64,000 bases of DNA from contig JAZQYP010000016.1 of the NCBI GenBank assembly GCA_045633625.1, positions 6,059-70,058 of the forward strand. Reading direction: 5' to 3'. The notes beneath the pieces were generated by a model that did no database searches, was not told the origin of the DNA, and worked only from the letters and a program-made list of their open reading frames with translations. Positions 45,254 to 54,239 of this stretch are shown here, in pieces (within the stretch, counting starts at the first letter, position 1; each line of letters begins with the position of its first letter). Position numbers and translations under genes: made by a program. Origin of the DNA: Eubacteriales bacterium. Lineage in GTDB: Bacteria; Bacillota; Clostridia; Oscillospirales; CAG-272.

Positions 45254-46342
45254 TTAACCGAGCTCGTTGCCCTTATGCCACGTGGGGAAAAGCTCGTGCC
45301 ATACGTCCATATGCGCCTCACAATCGAGATAGTGACGGAACATCTCCATATCGTCCCCGTCAAGCGAGCCCTTGAAGGCGGCACGGCGGTACTGATCATA
45401 GTATTCCTCGCAGAAGGTGCGCCATTCCTTTTTCCACTCACCGCTCTCAAGCTTCGCGTTTCTCTCGCAAAGCTCGGATATAAGTCTTGCGAAAAGCTCG
45501 TTCTTTGCGATCTCTATTCCCTCGTTGTCGTCGCGTGATCTTACGGGCACGTAGCTCACCTTGAGGCTATCCTTATTGACATCAACAAGTGCCACAAGTC
45601 CCGTGTTCCACATCTCGCCCTCCTTAAATCCGACGAAATGGAAGTTGCCCTGACCGTAGAGGATATGTCCACCCTCAAAGTCCTCATAGCAGCCGATACA
45701 ATGGCTATGCTGACAAAATACCGCCGATGCGCCAACGCGAACCATCTCGTGGCAAGCCTTCATAAGTCGGGGTGAAGGATAACGGCAAAGCTCCTTACCG
45801 CCGTGGTAGATGACGATAACGTGATCGGCATTCTTCTTTGCCTGACGGATATCCTGCATAGTCTCAAACTCGTCAAAGGGACGGGCACCCATCGTGTCCT
45901 CGGTAGCATAGGTATATTCATGCTCGCAGACGTTGACGATAGCGACCGTCACGTCGCCTGCGGTTATGTAGTGATTTTTGCGCGAATCCTCATAATTCTC
46001 ACCAAAGCCCGTGTATCTCATAGAGCATTCGTCAAGGGCTGCAAGCGTGTCCTCCATACCCTCTCGTCCGAGGTCGAGAATATGGTTATTCGAGAGCATA
46101 CAGTCGGTGACTCCCGCTGCCTTGAGGGTTTTTACGGTGTTTGTCGGCGCATTAAGATTAGGTCCGAATTTCTTTATCTTATATCCTCTGTCGGTGACAG
46201 CGCACTCAAGATTTACTATAACGGCGTCTTTGTCCGAGAAGAGCGATATGACGTCGGAAAACGCCACCGCGGCATCTATTTTATCAAATGCCTCCCACGC
46301 TTTTGGGGTTATGGAAAGGTCTCCGCAAACCACAAGCTTCAT
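45254..46342 (-). CDS. CapA family protein (PGA_cap-type metallophosphatase fold)
   Basis: It contains MKLVVCGDLS, NLECAVT, LSNNHILD, VIYHGGKE and CQHSHCIGCYE. The ATG at 46342 follows GGAGG. I see no signal peptide. Confidence 0.8.
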   Translation of the reverse strand: MKLVVCGDLSITPKAWEAFDKIDAAVAFSDVISLFSDKDAVIVNLECAVTDRGYKIKKFGPNLNAPTNTVKTLKAAGVTDCMLSNNHILDLGREGMEDTLAALDECSMRYTGFGENYEDSRKNHYITAGDVTVAIVNVCEHEYTYATEDTMGARPFDEFETMQDIRQAKKNADHVIVIYHGGKELCRYPSPRLMKACHEMVRVGASAVFCQHSHCIGCYEDFEGGHILYGQGNFHFVGFKEGEMWNTGLVALVDVNKDSLKVSYVPVRSRDDNEGIEIAKNELFARLISELCERNAKLESGEWKKEWRTFCEEYYDQYRRAAFKGSLDGDDMEMFRHYLDCEAHMDVWHELFPTWHKGNELG

Positions 46343-46491
46343 AAAGGGTAATCCTCCAAAAAAGGTTATTAGCAAAATTATACAACAACGCCGCCTCCGT
46401 GTCAACCAAATCGCCGAAAAAGCTCAAAATATATTGACAAAATCTCAAATTATGGTATCCTTAAATCAGTAAAATAATTGGAGGTAACCCT

Positions 46492-48447
46492 ATGCTTAAA
46501 ATAGCAAAAATAACGTCCTCGCCCATTGTCGATTTTGCGGCGGAGGAATTAAAGAAATATCTTCGTATGATGATGCCCCGCGCGGGTGAGATAAAGATAG
46601 AATATGCGCCCGATGCGACCGATGGATTTCGTCTTGGTCTTATGTCCGATTTCTCACTTGACACAATCGAGGCAGACGATCTTAAGCTTGACGATATCAT
46701 TCATATTGACACCGACGATAAGGGCGGAATTATTGCAGGCTCGAACGCGCGAAGCGTTCTTCTTGCGGTATATAAGTACCTGACCATAAACGGCTGCCGT
46801 TGGCTCTTCCCCGGTATTGACGGCGAGTACATCCCCGTAAAGGACGTAGATCCCACCAATTATCACAAGATGGCAGACAACCGTTACCGCGGTTGGTGCA
46901 ACGAGGGCGCGGAAAGCCAGACCTGTATGATGGAGACTATAGACTTTGCTCCGAAGGTTGGTATGAACGTCTATATGCTTGAGTTCTTCTGCCCGTTTGA
47001 TTACTATGATTATTACTACAACCACCGATTCAATCAGGCAAACCGCGAGCCCGAAAGAGTCACGCGCGAGACTGTCACACAGTGGAAGCGTCTTTGCGAA
47101 GTTGAGATGGCAAAAAGAGGTCTGCAATTCCACGATATAGGTCACGCGTGGGCATCCCTGCCCTTTGGACTTGACCCCGACAAATCCTATGCCGAGGGCG
47201 AGACCGACGAGGCGCTTGAAAATGCCCTTCCCTATATGGCGCTTGTAAACGGCAAGCGCGAGCTTGTTAGCGGCACGCCTATGTACACCAATTTCTGCAT
47301 GTCAAATCCCGAGGCGCGCGCCAAGGTGGTAGATAAGGTTGCCGAATACTGTGAGATGAACGGACACGTGGATTACCTTCACGTGTGGCTGGGCGACTCC
47401 CTCAACCACTCCTGCGAGTGCGAGGACTGTGCTAAAAAAACTCACTCCGATTGGTACGTCACTCTCTTAAATGAAATAGATGCGGAGCTTACAAAGAGAC
47501 AGCTAAGCAACCGTCTCGTTTTTGGGGCGTGCTATGACTCCTTATTCCCGCCCGAGACCGAAACGCTAAACAACCCCTCTCGCTTCTCGATATTGCTCGC
47601 GCCCATATACCGCTCCTACACCGAGTCGGTGTCGCCTAAGACTCCCCCGCTTGAGCTTAAAAGGTTCGTAAGAAACAAGAACGTCTCGCCCTCAAACCCC
47701 GCAGAGCCCGTGGCATACGCTGAGCTTTGGAGAGAAAAAAGCGGCGCGAACGTCCTTCTCTACGAATATCATTTCTGGGTAAATCAGGTCTACGAGGTAA
47801 CGGGAATCCGCTTTGCCGAGATAATTCACAATGACATCAAGGGCTACCGCGCGCACGGCTTTGGTGGCTCTATCGAGGACGGCTCGCAGAGAAGCTTCTT
47901 CCCTAACGGCTTCCCGATGTACACCTATGCGCAGACTCTCTTTGACACGTCTCTTGATTTTGGTGCCATCAAGGAGGACTATTTCAGCCACGCTTACGGC
48001 GAGGACTATGGCGAGGTCATAGCCTTCTTTGAGAAGATAGCCGAGTGTGTTGACCACAAGTTCCTTGCAGGCGAGAGGAGCGCAAATGAGAAGGTGGGAC
48101 AGTACTACAATCCCGCAATGGCTCCCCTTCTCCGCCGCGTACCCGAGGTGGTAGAGGAATTCAGACCCTTCCTTGAGGCGCACAAGACTATGCCCAAGCG
48201 AGTGCAGACGGTGGCAATGAGACTGCTCATAAAATATCTTGAATATATCACGGGCATCGCCCACTTTATGACCCTGCGCGCGCTTGGTGCATCGGCAGAG
48301 GCAAAGCAGGCGGCAAACGAATTTATCGACAGCTTCGGGCGCCACGAGATAGAGATAGAAAGATATTTCGATATGTGCAACTTCGCAAAGTCGCTCCTGT
48401 GGAGAATAATGAAGAAGGACGAGGACCCCGTAAACCTTGGAATATAA
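46492..48447 (+). CDS. DUF4838-like protein (glycoside-hydrolase-like), paralog A
   Basis: This is a 651-aa ORF. The N-terminal block is VDFAAEELKKYLRMM. It also has NFCMSNPEA and the Cys block HSCECEDCAKK, which fit my recollection of DUF4838 blocks. No signal peptide is present. Confidence 0.65.
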   Translation: MLKIAKITSSPIVDFAAEELKKYLRMMMPRAGEIKIEYAPDATDGFRLGLMSDFSLDTIEADDLKLDDIIHIDTDDKGGIIAGSNARSVLLAVYKYLTINGCRWLFPGIDGEYIPVKDVDPTNYHKMADNRYRGWCNEGAESQTCMMETIDFAPKVGMNVYMLEFFCPFDYYDYYYNHRFNQANREPERVTRETVTQWKRLCEVEMAKRGLQFHDIGHAWASLPFGLDPDKSYAEGETDEALENALPYMALVNGKRELVSGTPMYTNFCMSNPEARAKVVDKVAEYCEMNGHVDYLHVWLGDSLNHSCECEDCAKKTHSDWYVTLLNEIDAELTKRQLSNRLVFGACYDSLFPPETETLNNPSRFSILLAPIYRSYTESVSPKTPPLELKRFVRNKNVSPSNPAEPVAYAELWREKSGANVLLYEYHFWVNQVYEVTGIRFAEIIHNDIKGYRAHGFGGSIEDGSQRSFFPNGFPMYTYAQTLFDTSLDFGAIKEDYFSHAYGEDYGEVIAFFEKIAECVDHKFLAGERSANEKVGQYYNPAMAPLLRRVPEVVEEFRPFLEAHKTMPKRVQTVAMRLLIKYLEYITGIAHFMTLRALGASAEAKQAANEFIDSFGRHEIEIERYFDMCNFAKSLLWRIMKKDEDPVNLGI

Positions 48448-48539
48448 GCTTGTTTTGTCCACCTTTTTTGTCAAAAAATGGGTTTACACTTCACGTGCAG
48501 TATGATATAATAGAAAAAAACGTACTAAAGGAGTAAAGT

Positions 48540-50489
48540 ATGTATAAGATTTATAAAATAACCTCTCACCCAACGGTTGATTTCGCGGCAGAGGAGCTCA
48601 AAAAATATCTTCGTATGATGATGACCGAGTGCGGAGAAATTGAGATTTCTTACGCACCCGATGCCACTGACGGATTCCGCCTTGGTCTTATGTCCGACTT
48701 CTCACTTGACACAAGCGAGGCAAAGGATCTTTCTCTTGACGATATAATCCATATCGACACCGATACCGAGGGTGGTATAATTGCAGGAAGCAACGTTCGA
48801 AGCATTCTTCTTGCCGTTTACAAATACCTCACACTCAACGGCTGTCACTGGCTCTTCCCCGGAATTGACGGAGAGCTTATTCCCGCAAAGGACATAGAGC
48901 CCACAAAATTCCACAAGATGGCAGACAACCGCTACCGTGGTTGGTGCAACGAGGGCGCGGAGTTCCAGCACTCTATGCTTGAGGCGATAGATTATGCCCC
49001 CAAGATAGGTCTTAACATCTTTATGCTTGAGTTCTTCAATCCGCAGATCTACTATAGCTGGTACTATAATCACCCTCACAACTCTAACCGCGAGGCAGAG
49101 CCCGTAAGCTCGACCACCACCCTTCAGTGGAAGCGTCAGTGCGAGGCGGAGATAGCAAAGAGAAGCCTTCAGCTCCACGACATCGGTCACGGTTGGACAA
49201 CGCGCCCCTTCGGCGGACGCGACGAGGACGTTTTCAATCTCGGCAAAGCTGAGATCCCCGAGGAGAACAAGAAATACCTCGCTCTTCTCAAGGGCAAGAG
49301 AGACCTCTATATTGGACGCCCCAATCACACCAACTTCTGCTTCTCAAACGAAGAAGGAAGAAGGATCGTCGTTAATTTCGCCGCTGACTACGCAGAAAAA
49401 TTCAGACACGTCGACTACCTGCACTACACCCTTGCCGATAGCTTTAACAACCACTGTGAGTGCGAGGAGTGCAAGAAAAAAACTCCGTCCGACTGGTACG
49501 TAATTATGCTCAACGAGCTTGACGAGGAGCTTAAGCAGAGAGGACTTGATACAAGAGTTGTTTATGCCGCGTACGTTAACACCACGTGGCCGCCCGAGGT
49601 CGAGAGAATAAACAACCCCGACAGATTTACCATTCTTCTTGGCGCTATCACCCGTGATTACACAAAGACAGTATCGAGAACTCTTCCCGACATAGAGCTT
49701 ACAAAGCACGTTCATAATGCCATCACGCTCCCCAAAACTCTTGACGAGTACGTTCTTTACACCAAGGAGTGGCAGAACAGATGCAAGACCGCCGCGCTTA
49801 CCTATGAGTACCACTTCTACGTAAATCAGTATTTCGATCCCGGTATGTTCAGCTATTCGAAGATACTTTACGATGACGTAATAGGCTACAACAAGCACGG
49901 ATTTGTCGGTATGATAGAGGATGGCACACAGCGCTGCTTCTTCCCGAACGGACTCAATCTCTTCGTTTACGCATCGACCCTCTTTGATATGAGTCGTGAC
50001 TTCGACGCGCTCGTTGACGAATATTTCTCGGCGGCATACGGCGAGGACTATGAGAAGGTAAAGGAGTATTTCACACGCCTTGGCAATATATTCGAGCATG
50101 CATACATCGCAGGAAATAAATATGCAGACCGAGGCAACGGAAGATACTATAGCCCCGAGCACGCAGAAAAGATGCGCGGAATTTATGCACTCAACGAGGA
50201 GTTCCGCCCCTTCTTTGAGTCACACAAGAATATGCCCCTGCGCGCGCAGACGGTGGCATTCAAGCTCCTTCGCAAGTACGCGGAGCTTTGGGAGAAGATG
50301 GCAAGACCTCTTATCCTCAAGGCATACGGCGTAGACGACGAGGCAAAGGAGGCATACCTTGCCGTTCTTGATGATTTTGGAAAATACGAGACCGAGCTCG
50401 AATTGTGGTACGATCAGCACATGTTCGGCATGGCATTCGACCGCAGATTTACAATGAAGAGCGATATTATGAATATCGGCGCACAGTAA
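48540..50489 (+). CDS. DUF4838-like protein, paralog B
   Basis: This 649-aa ORF is collinear with paralog A and shares MSDFSLDT, NRYRGWCNEGAE, NFCFSNEEG and NHCECEECKKK. It has its own promoter-like TTTACA-17-TATAAT in the 92-nt spacer. Confidence 0.65.
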   Translation: MYKIYKITSHPTVDFAAEELKKYLRMMMTECGEIEISYAPDATDGFRLGLMSDFSLDTSEAKDLSLDDIIHIDTDTEGGIIAGSNVRSILLAVYKYLTLNGCHWLFPGIDGELIPAKDIEPTKFHKMADNRYRGWCNEGAEFQHSMLEAIDYAPKIGLNIFMLEFFNPQIYYSWYYNHPHNSNREAEPVSSTTTLQWKRQCEAEIAKRSLQLHDIGHGWTTRPFGGRDEDVFNLGKAEIPEENKKYLALLKGKRDLYIGRPNHTNFCFSNEEGRRIVVNFAADYAEKFRHVDYLHYTLADSFNNHCECEECKKKTPSDWYVIMLNELDEELKQRGLDTRVVYAAYVNTTWPPEVERINNPDRFTILLGAITRDYTKTVSRTLPDIELTKHVHNAITLPKTLDEYVLYTKEWQNRCKTAALTYEYHFYVNQYFDPGMFSYSKILYDDVIGYNKHGFVGMIEDGTQRCFFPNGLNLFVYASTLFDMSRDFDALVDEYFSAAYGEDYEKVKEYFTRLGNIFEHAYIAGNKYADRGNGRYYSPEHAEKMRGIYALNEEFRPFFESHKNMPLRAQTVAFKLLRKYAELWEKMARPLILKAYGVDDEAKEAYLAVLDDFGKYETELELWYDQHMFGMAFDRRFTMKSDIMNIGAQ

Positions 50490-50497
50490 TAATAAAA

Positions 50498-50530
50498 CAA
50501 AAAAGCGTCAGGACATTGTCCTGACGCTTT
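50498..50530. terminator. Bidirectional terminator between paralog B and rubrerythrin
   Basis: The stem gcgtcaggac / gtcctgacgc is flanked by aaaaaa on the left and tttt on the right. Confidence 0.75.
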
Positions 50531-50540
50531 TAATTTACCA

Positions 50541-51080
50541 TTAATAGTTCTCTTTTCTTACCTCAAAGTAAGCCTTGGGGTGCTTGCACACGGGGCAAAC
50601 CTCGGGAGCGGCGGTAGCGATGACTACGTGACCGCAGTTGCGGCACTCCCACATAACAACGCCTGCCTTCTCGAATACCTGAAGGGTCTCGACGTTGCGA
50701 AGAAGCGCGCGGTATCTCTCCTCGTGCATCTTCTCGATTGCGGCTACTCCGCGGAACTGCTCAGCGAGATCGTGGAAGCCTTCCTCATCAGCCTCTTTTG
50801 CGAACTTGTCATACATATCGGTCCACTCGTAGTTCTCGCCCTCAGCCGCCGAGAGAAGATTCTCTGCAGTGTCGCCGATGCCGCCGAGCGCCTTGAACCA
50901 AAGCTTTGCGTGCTCCTTCTCGTTATCTGCGGTCGCAAGGAAAAGTGCCGCTATCTGCTCGTAGCCCGCCTTCTTTGCAGCGGAAGCGAAATATGTGTAT
51001 TTGTTTCTTGCCTGTGACTCTCCCGCGAAAGCATCGCGAAGATTCTGCTCGGTCTTTGTGCCTGCATACTTGTTAGCCAT
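50541..51080 (-). CDS. rbr: Rubrerythrin
   Basis: The ferritin-like di-iron domain contains [22 protein letters not shown] and EKEHAKLW. The C-terminal rubredoxin motif is CRNCGH...CPVCKHP. Confidence 0.95.
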   Translation of the reverse strand: MANKYAGTKTEQNLRDAFAGESQARNKYTYFASAAKKAGYEQIAALFLATADNEKEHAKLWFKALGGIGDTAENLLSAAEGENYEWTDMYDKFAKEADEEGFHDLAEQFRGVAAIEKMHEERYRALLRNVETLQVFEKAGVVMWECRNCGHVVIATAAPEVCPVCKHPKAYFEVRKENY

Positions 51081-51198
51081 AGTAAAAATCCTCCGTAAAT
51101 TTATTTATATGATGATTATAGCATTTCCAAAAAATGTTGTCAATATATAATTTTTAGTATTTTTTCATTTTTGAGCTACAAAATATCATAAAATAGTC

Positions 51199-51227
51199 TT
51201 GACAATATGGCAAAGATGATGTATAAT
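51199..51227 (+). promoter_or_regulatory. Consensus sigma-A promoter for tRNA-Ser
   Basis: TTGACA (51199-51204), a 17-nt spacer and TATAAT (51222-51227) are present, about 47 nt upstream of the tRNA. Confidence 0.6.
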
Positions 51228-51274
51228 AGCAAAAGCGAATAAAAATAATACCTTTGGTAGTATCGCGAGTATAT

Positions 51275-51366
51275 GGAGATGTACTCAAGAGGCCGAAGAG
51301 GCGCCCCTGCTAAGGGTGTAGGTCGGGATAACCGGCGCGAGAGTTCAAATCTCTCCATCTCCGCCA
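51275..51366 (+). tRNA. tRNA-Ser (anticodon GCT), with encoded CCA
   Basis: I folded it by hand. The acceptor is GGAGATG/CATCTCC. The anticodon stem is CGCCC/GGGTG with loop CTGCTAA. It has a long variable arm, a T-arm GAGAG-TTCAAAT-CTCTC, discriminator G and CCA. Confidence 0.9.
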
Positions 51367-51367
51367 G

Positions 51368-51402
51368 AAAAGAGCAACTGCATTTTATGCAGTTGCTCTT
51401 TT
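51368..51402 (+). terminator. Strong rho-independent terminator after tRNA-Ser
   Basis: The perfect 13-bp stem agagcaactgcat / atgcagttgctct is followed by ttttctcttt. Confidence 0.85.
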
Positions 51403-51407
51403 CTCTT

Positions 51408-51441
51408 TGGCGGGATGGAGAGATTTGGTCCCCTCTCCGCC
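51408..51441 (-). pseudogene. Inverted partial copy of the tRNA-Ser 3' half, including CCA
   Basis: The rc of 51408-51441 is GGCGGAGAGGGGACCAAATCTCTCCATCCCGCCA. The genuine tRNA 3' part is GGCGCGAGAGTTCAAATCTCTCCATCTCCGCCA. Confidence 0.7.
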
Positions 51442-51574
51442 GATTTGCAAAGCAAACGGCGGGGGTAGGCGAGGTGAAAACGATTGAGTATCGTTTTCAA
51501 CCGCCGAAACCGCCCCAAGCAAGGAGCAGGCAGAGCCGAGCGAGCGCAGGCGATAGAATGCGACTATGCGACGG

Positions 51575-51598
51575 TGGCGGGATCAAATCTCTCCATCT
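51575..51598 (+). repeat. Direct partial copy of the tRNA-Ser 3' end (att-like)
   Basis: TCAAATCTCTCCATCT (51583-51598) is identical to 16 nt of the tRNA T-arm and acceptor (51344-51359). The preceding TGGCGGGAT also occurs at 51408-51416. Confidence 0.7.
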
Positions 51599-51724
51599 GT
51601 GCTTTTTCTTAAAAATGATGTCAAATTGATGTCAGAAATGTCGTCAAAAATATCGTCAAAAATAGAGACGCCCACAAATGCATATAAAAAAGCAGCCGCC
51701 ATGCGACTGCTTTTCTTTTTATTA

Positions 51725-53125
51725 TTAACCCTTAAGCGACTCATCCGCGACGAGCTGACGTACCCAAGTGCCGCGGCGGAGCAATAGGAAGCCGAATCCC
51801 GTCTTTATTATCTCGCTTGCCTGACATATTACAAAGAGCCAATGGATGCCCATAGGCGTAAAATATGCAAGCGCCACGCTTATCGGAAGCACGATGGTCC
51901 ACATATAAACGCTATCAAAAAGAAGCGTAACAAACACACGTCCGCCCGAGCGGAGAGTGAAATATGCCGAATATGCATAGGACGCGAAGGGCATCACCGC
52001 CGCCGAAACTATCATACAGAAGGTAGCAAGCTCCTTTGCCGTCTTTGTGGTGTTGTAAAGCTCGGGGAAAAGTCCCGAAAAGGCTATCATAACGCCCGCC
52101 ATCGCCACCGAGGCGAAAATGCAAAGAGCCATTAGCTTTCTGTCGGTGTCCTTTGCCCGATCAAGCTCACCCGCTCCAAGCTCGTTGCCCACGATTATCG
52201 CGATCGACGAGCCTATCGCCATATAAACTACCTGAAAAAGATTTACCACCGTGGTGCTTATGTTAAGTCCCGCCACCACGTCAAGTCCGCGCGTTGAATA
52301 GCACTGATTGCGGATAACCATAGCTATCGCCCAGAATATCTCGTTTGCCATAAGGGGCATTCCCTTCACTACCACCGCGCCGAGAAGCTTTCTTGGAACC
52401 CTGAACGAACGAAGCGCGCCCACAAGATAGCTGTATTTTTTCTTGTGTGTGTATCCCCAAACAACGATTACCAAAAGCTCGCAAAATCTTGAGATGACCG
52501 TTGCAATTGCCGCACCCGCAACACCAAGCGCGGGAGCGCCGCAAAGTCCGAAGATAAGCACGAGGTTAAGCACGAAATTAACACCAACCGCCAAAAGACT
52601 TGACACCATAGGAACAACCGACTGTCCCGTCTCTCGCATCGTTGAGGCATATACCTGCGCTATACCATATGGCAAAAGCCCCACAAGCATTATAAGAAGG
52701 TATCTTTTGCCCTCGGCAAGCGTGAGCGCGAGATCTCCCTCGGATTCTGTCGCGTGAAGGAAGCTTGAAATGAGTCCGTCACCAAAAATAAGAAATCCGA
52801 CGATGCCCACAAAGCCGACCAATGCCGTAATTATAAGCTTTAATCTGAGCGTATACCTTATGCCCTCTTCATCGCCCTTACCCTTATACTGCGCGGTGAA
52901 TATTCCCGCCGCGGAGATGGCGCCGAAAACGGCAAGATTAAAGATGAATATAAACTGATTGACGATCGAGACGCCCGACATCGACTCGGTGCCGAGTCTG
53001 CCTACCATCACGTTGTCAAGCAGACCAACGAGATTGGTGATGCCGTTTTGTATCATTATGGGGAGCGCTATGGCAAGGGCATGCTTGTAGAATGCCCTGT
53101 CGCCAATATATTTCTTAAAATTCAT
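51725..53125 (-). CDS. MATE family efflux transporter
   Basis: The protein is about 466 aa with 12 predicted hydrophobic segments. The N-terminal block is LAIALPIMIQNGITNLVGLLDNVMVGRLG. The ATG at 53125 follows GGAGA. Confidence 0.85.
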   Translation of the reverse strand: MNFKKYIGDRAFYKHALAIALPIMIQNGITNLVGLLDNVMVGRLGTESMSGVSIVNQFIFIFNLAVFGAISAAGIFTAQYKGKGDEEGIRYTLRLKLIITALVGFVGIVGFLIFGDGLISSFLHATESEGDLALTLAEGKRYLLIMLVGLLPYGIAQVYASTMRETGQSVVPMVSSLLAVGVNFVLNLVLIFGLCGAPALGVAGAAIATVISRFCELLVIVVWGYTHKKKYSYLVGALRSFRVPRKLLGAVVVKGMPLMANEIFWAIAMVIRNQCYSTRGLDVVAGLNISTTVVNLFQVVYMAIGSSIAIIVGNELGAGELDRAKDTDRKLMALCIFASVAMAGVMIAFSGLFPELYNTTKTAKELATFCMIVSAAVMPFASYAYSAYFTLRSGGRVFVTLLFDSVYMWTIVLPISVALAYFTPMGIHWLFVICQASEIIKTGFGFLLLRRGTWVRQLVADESLKG

Positions 53126-53272
53126 ATAAATTCTCCATGACAAAATTCCCCATTATTATATCATCTATCAAGGAGAAAATCAAGTCAAAAAGCGTTCAGC
53201 CTTGCAAAATTTTTACTCTCTTTATACCGCAAACAAAATATTTATACTGTGGCGCAAATTAAAAAAAAGCTC

Positions 53273-53304
53273 TTGACAAACAATACTATGTATGGTATAG
53301 TATT
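53273..53304 (+). promoter_or_regulatory. Promoter with overlapping palindromic operator upstream of the PadR gene
   Basis: TTGACA (53273-53278), a 17-nt spacer and TATAGT (53296-53301) are present. The inverted repeat AATACTAT (53282-53289) / ATAGTATT (53297-53304) has a 7-nt spacer. Confidence 0.55.
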
Positions 53305-53323
53305 ATACAACAGGAGGTATATT

Positions 53324-53653
53324 ATGGACGCACAAACGAAAAGAGGACTCCTTGACGTCTGCGCGCTTGCCGCCATAAAGGACGGCGAGTCGTACGGATA
53401 CAAGATAATTAAAGATATGTCACCATACGTTGAGATATCCGAATCAACGCTCTACCCGATACTTCGCCGCCTTGAGAGCGCGGGGCTTATCGCCGTCAGA
53501 ACGGCAGAACATAGCGGAAGACTTCGCAAATACTACAGTATAACCGACAAGGGTGTATTGAGGATTGAGGACTTCAAAAACGAATGGAACGAGATGATCT
53601 CAATTTATAATTTCATCACACGAAAGGGGGAAAAAGCAAATGAAGAAGCATGA
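53324..53653 (+). CDS. PadR family transcriptional regulator
   Basis: It contains GESYGYKIIKDMSPYVEISESTLYPILRRLESAGLI and RKYYSITDKG. The ATG at 53324 follows AGGAGG. Confidence 0.9.
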   Translation: MDAQTKRGLLDVCALAAIKDGESYGYKIIKDMSPYVEISESTLYPILRRLESAGLIAVRTAEHSGRLRKYYSITDKGVLRIEDFKNEWNEMISIYNFITRKGEKANEEA

Positions 53654-54239
53654 GTTTTTAGGTGAGCTGCGTGCAAGACTCCGCGGGCTTACCGACAAAG
53701 ATATAGCTCTCTCCGAAGACTATTACGGAGAGATGATAGACGACAGAATTGAGGACGGAATGAGCGAGGAGGACGCTATAGCGGCGCTTGGCGAGCTTGA
53801 CGATATCGTCAAGGAAATTCTCCGTGAGATCCCCCTTCACAGAATCGTGCGCGAGAGGGCAAAGAACCGCAGACACTTGCGTGCGTGGGAGATAGTTCTT
53901 ATCTCGGCAGGCTCTCCCCTTTGGATACCCATACTTGTCGCATTCGCGGCAGTGATACTCGCGGTGTATATTGCAACGTGGGCAGTGGTCATCAGCTGCT
54001 ATGCCGTAAGCTTTGCCCTTGCGGCAAGCTCGGTAGGATGTCTGCTTGGCGGATGTGCAGCGTTCGTTATTTTCGGTGTGGGAGACGGACTATTTCTTCT
54101 CGGCGCGGCGTTTATTGTCGCCTCGCTTGCAATACTTGCATTTCTCGGCTGTAACGGATTTGCCAAGGGTGTGGTATATCTTGGCAAAAAGATAATTCTC
54201 GGCGTCAAAAGATGCATTGTCGGAAAGGGGGATAAATAA
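53640..54239 (+). CDS. DUF1700-like membrane protein
   Basis: The N-terminus MKKHEFLGELRARLRGLTDKDIALSEDYYGEMIDD is followed by C-terminal TM helices. It overlaps the PadR gene by 14 nt. Confidence 0.8.
   Translation: MKKHEFLGELRARLRGLTDKDIALSEDYYGEMIDDRIEDGMSEEDAIAALGELDDIVKEILREIPLHRIVRERAKNRRHLRAWEIVLISAGSPLWIPILVAFAAVILAVYIATWAVVISCYAVSFALAASSVGCLLGGCAAFVIFGVGDGLFLLGAAFIVASLAILAFLGCNGFAKGVVYLGKKIILGVKRCIVGKGDK

Noticed and set aside
51406-51598. Invertible promoter (inverton) bounded by the 14-bp inverted repeat
   Set aside because: No recombinase is nearby, I could not identify a promoter inside, and no gene lies downstream on either side that it could switch. The repeats are clearly derived from the tRNA 3' end, so an integration scar is more parsimonious.
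51403-51600. tmRNA or a second functional tRNA on the minus strand
   Set aside because: Only the 3' half of a tRNA-like sequence is present. The T-loop is non-canonical (GGGACCAAAT), and no matching 5' acceptor strand, D-arm, anticodon arm or tag reading frame could be found.
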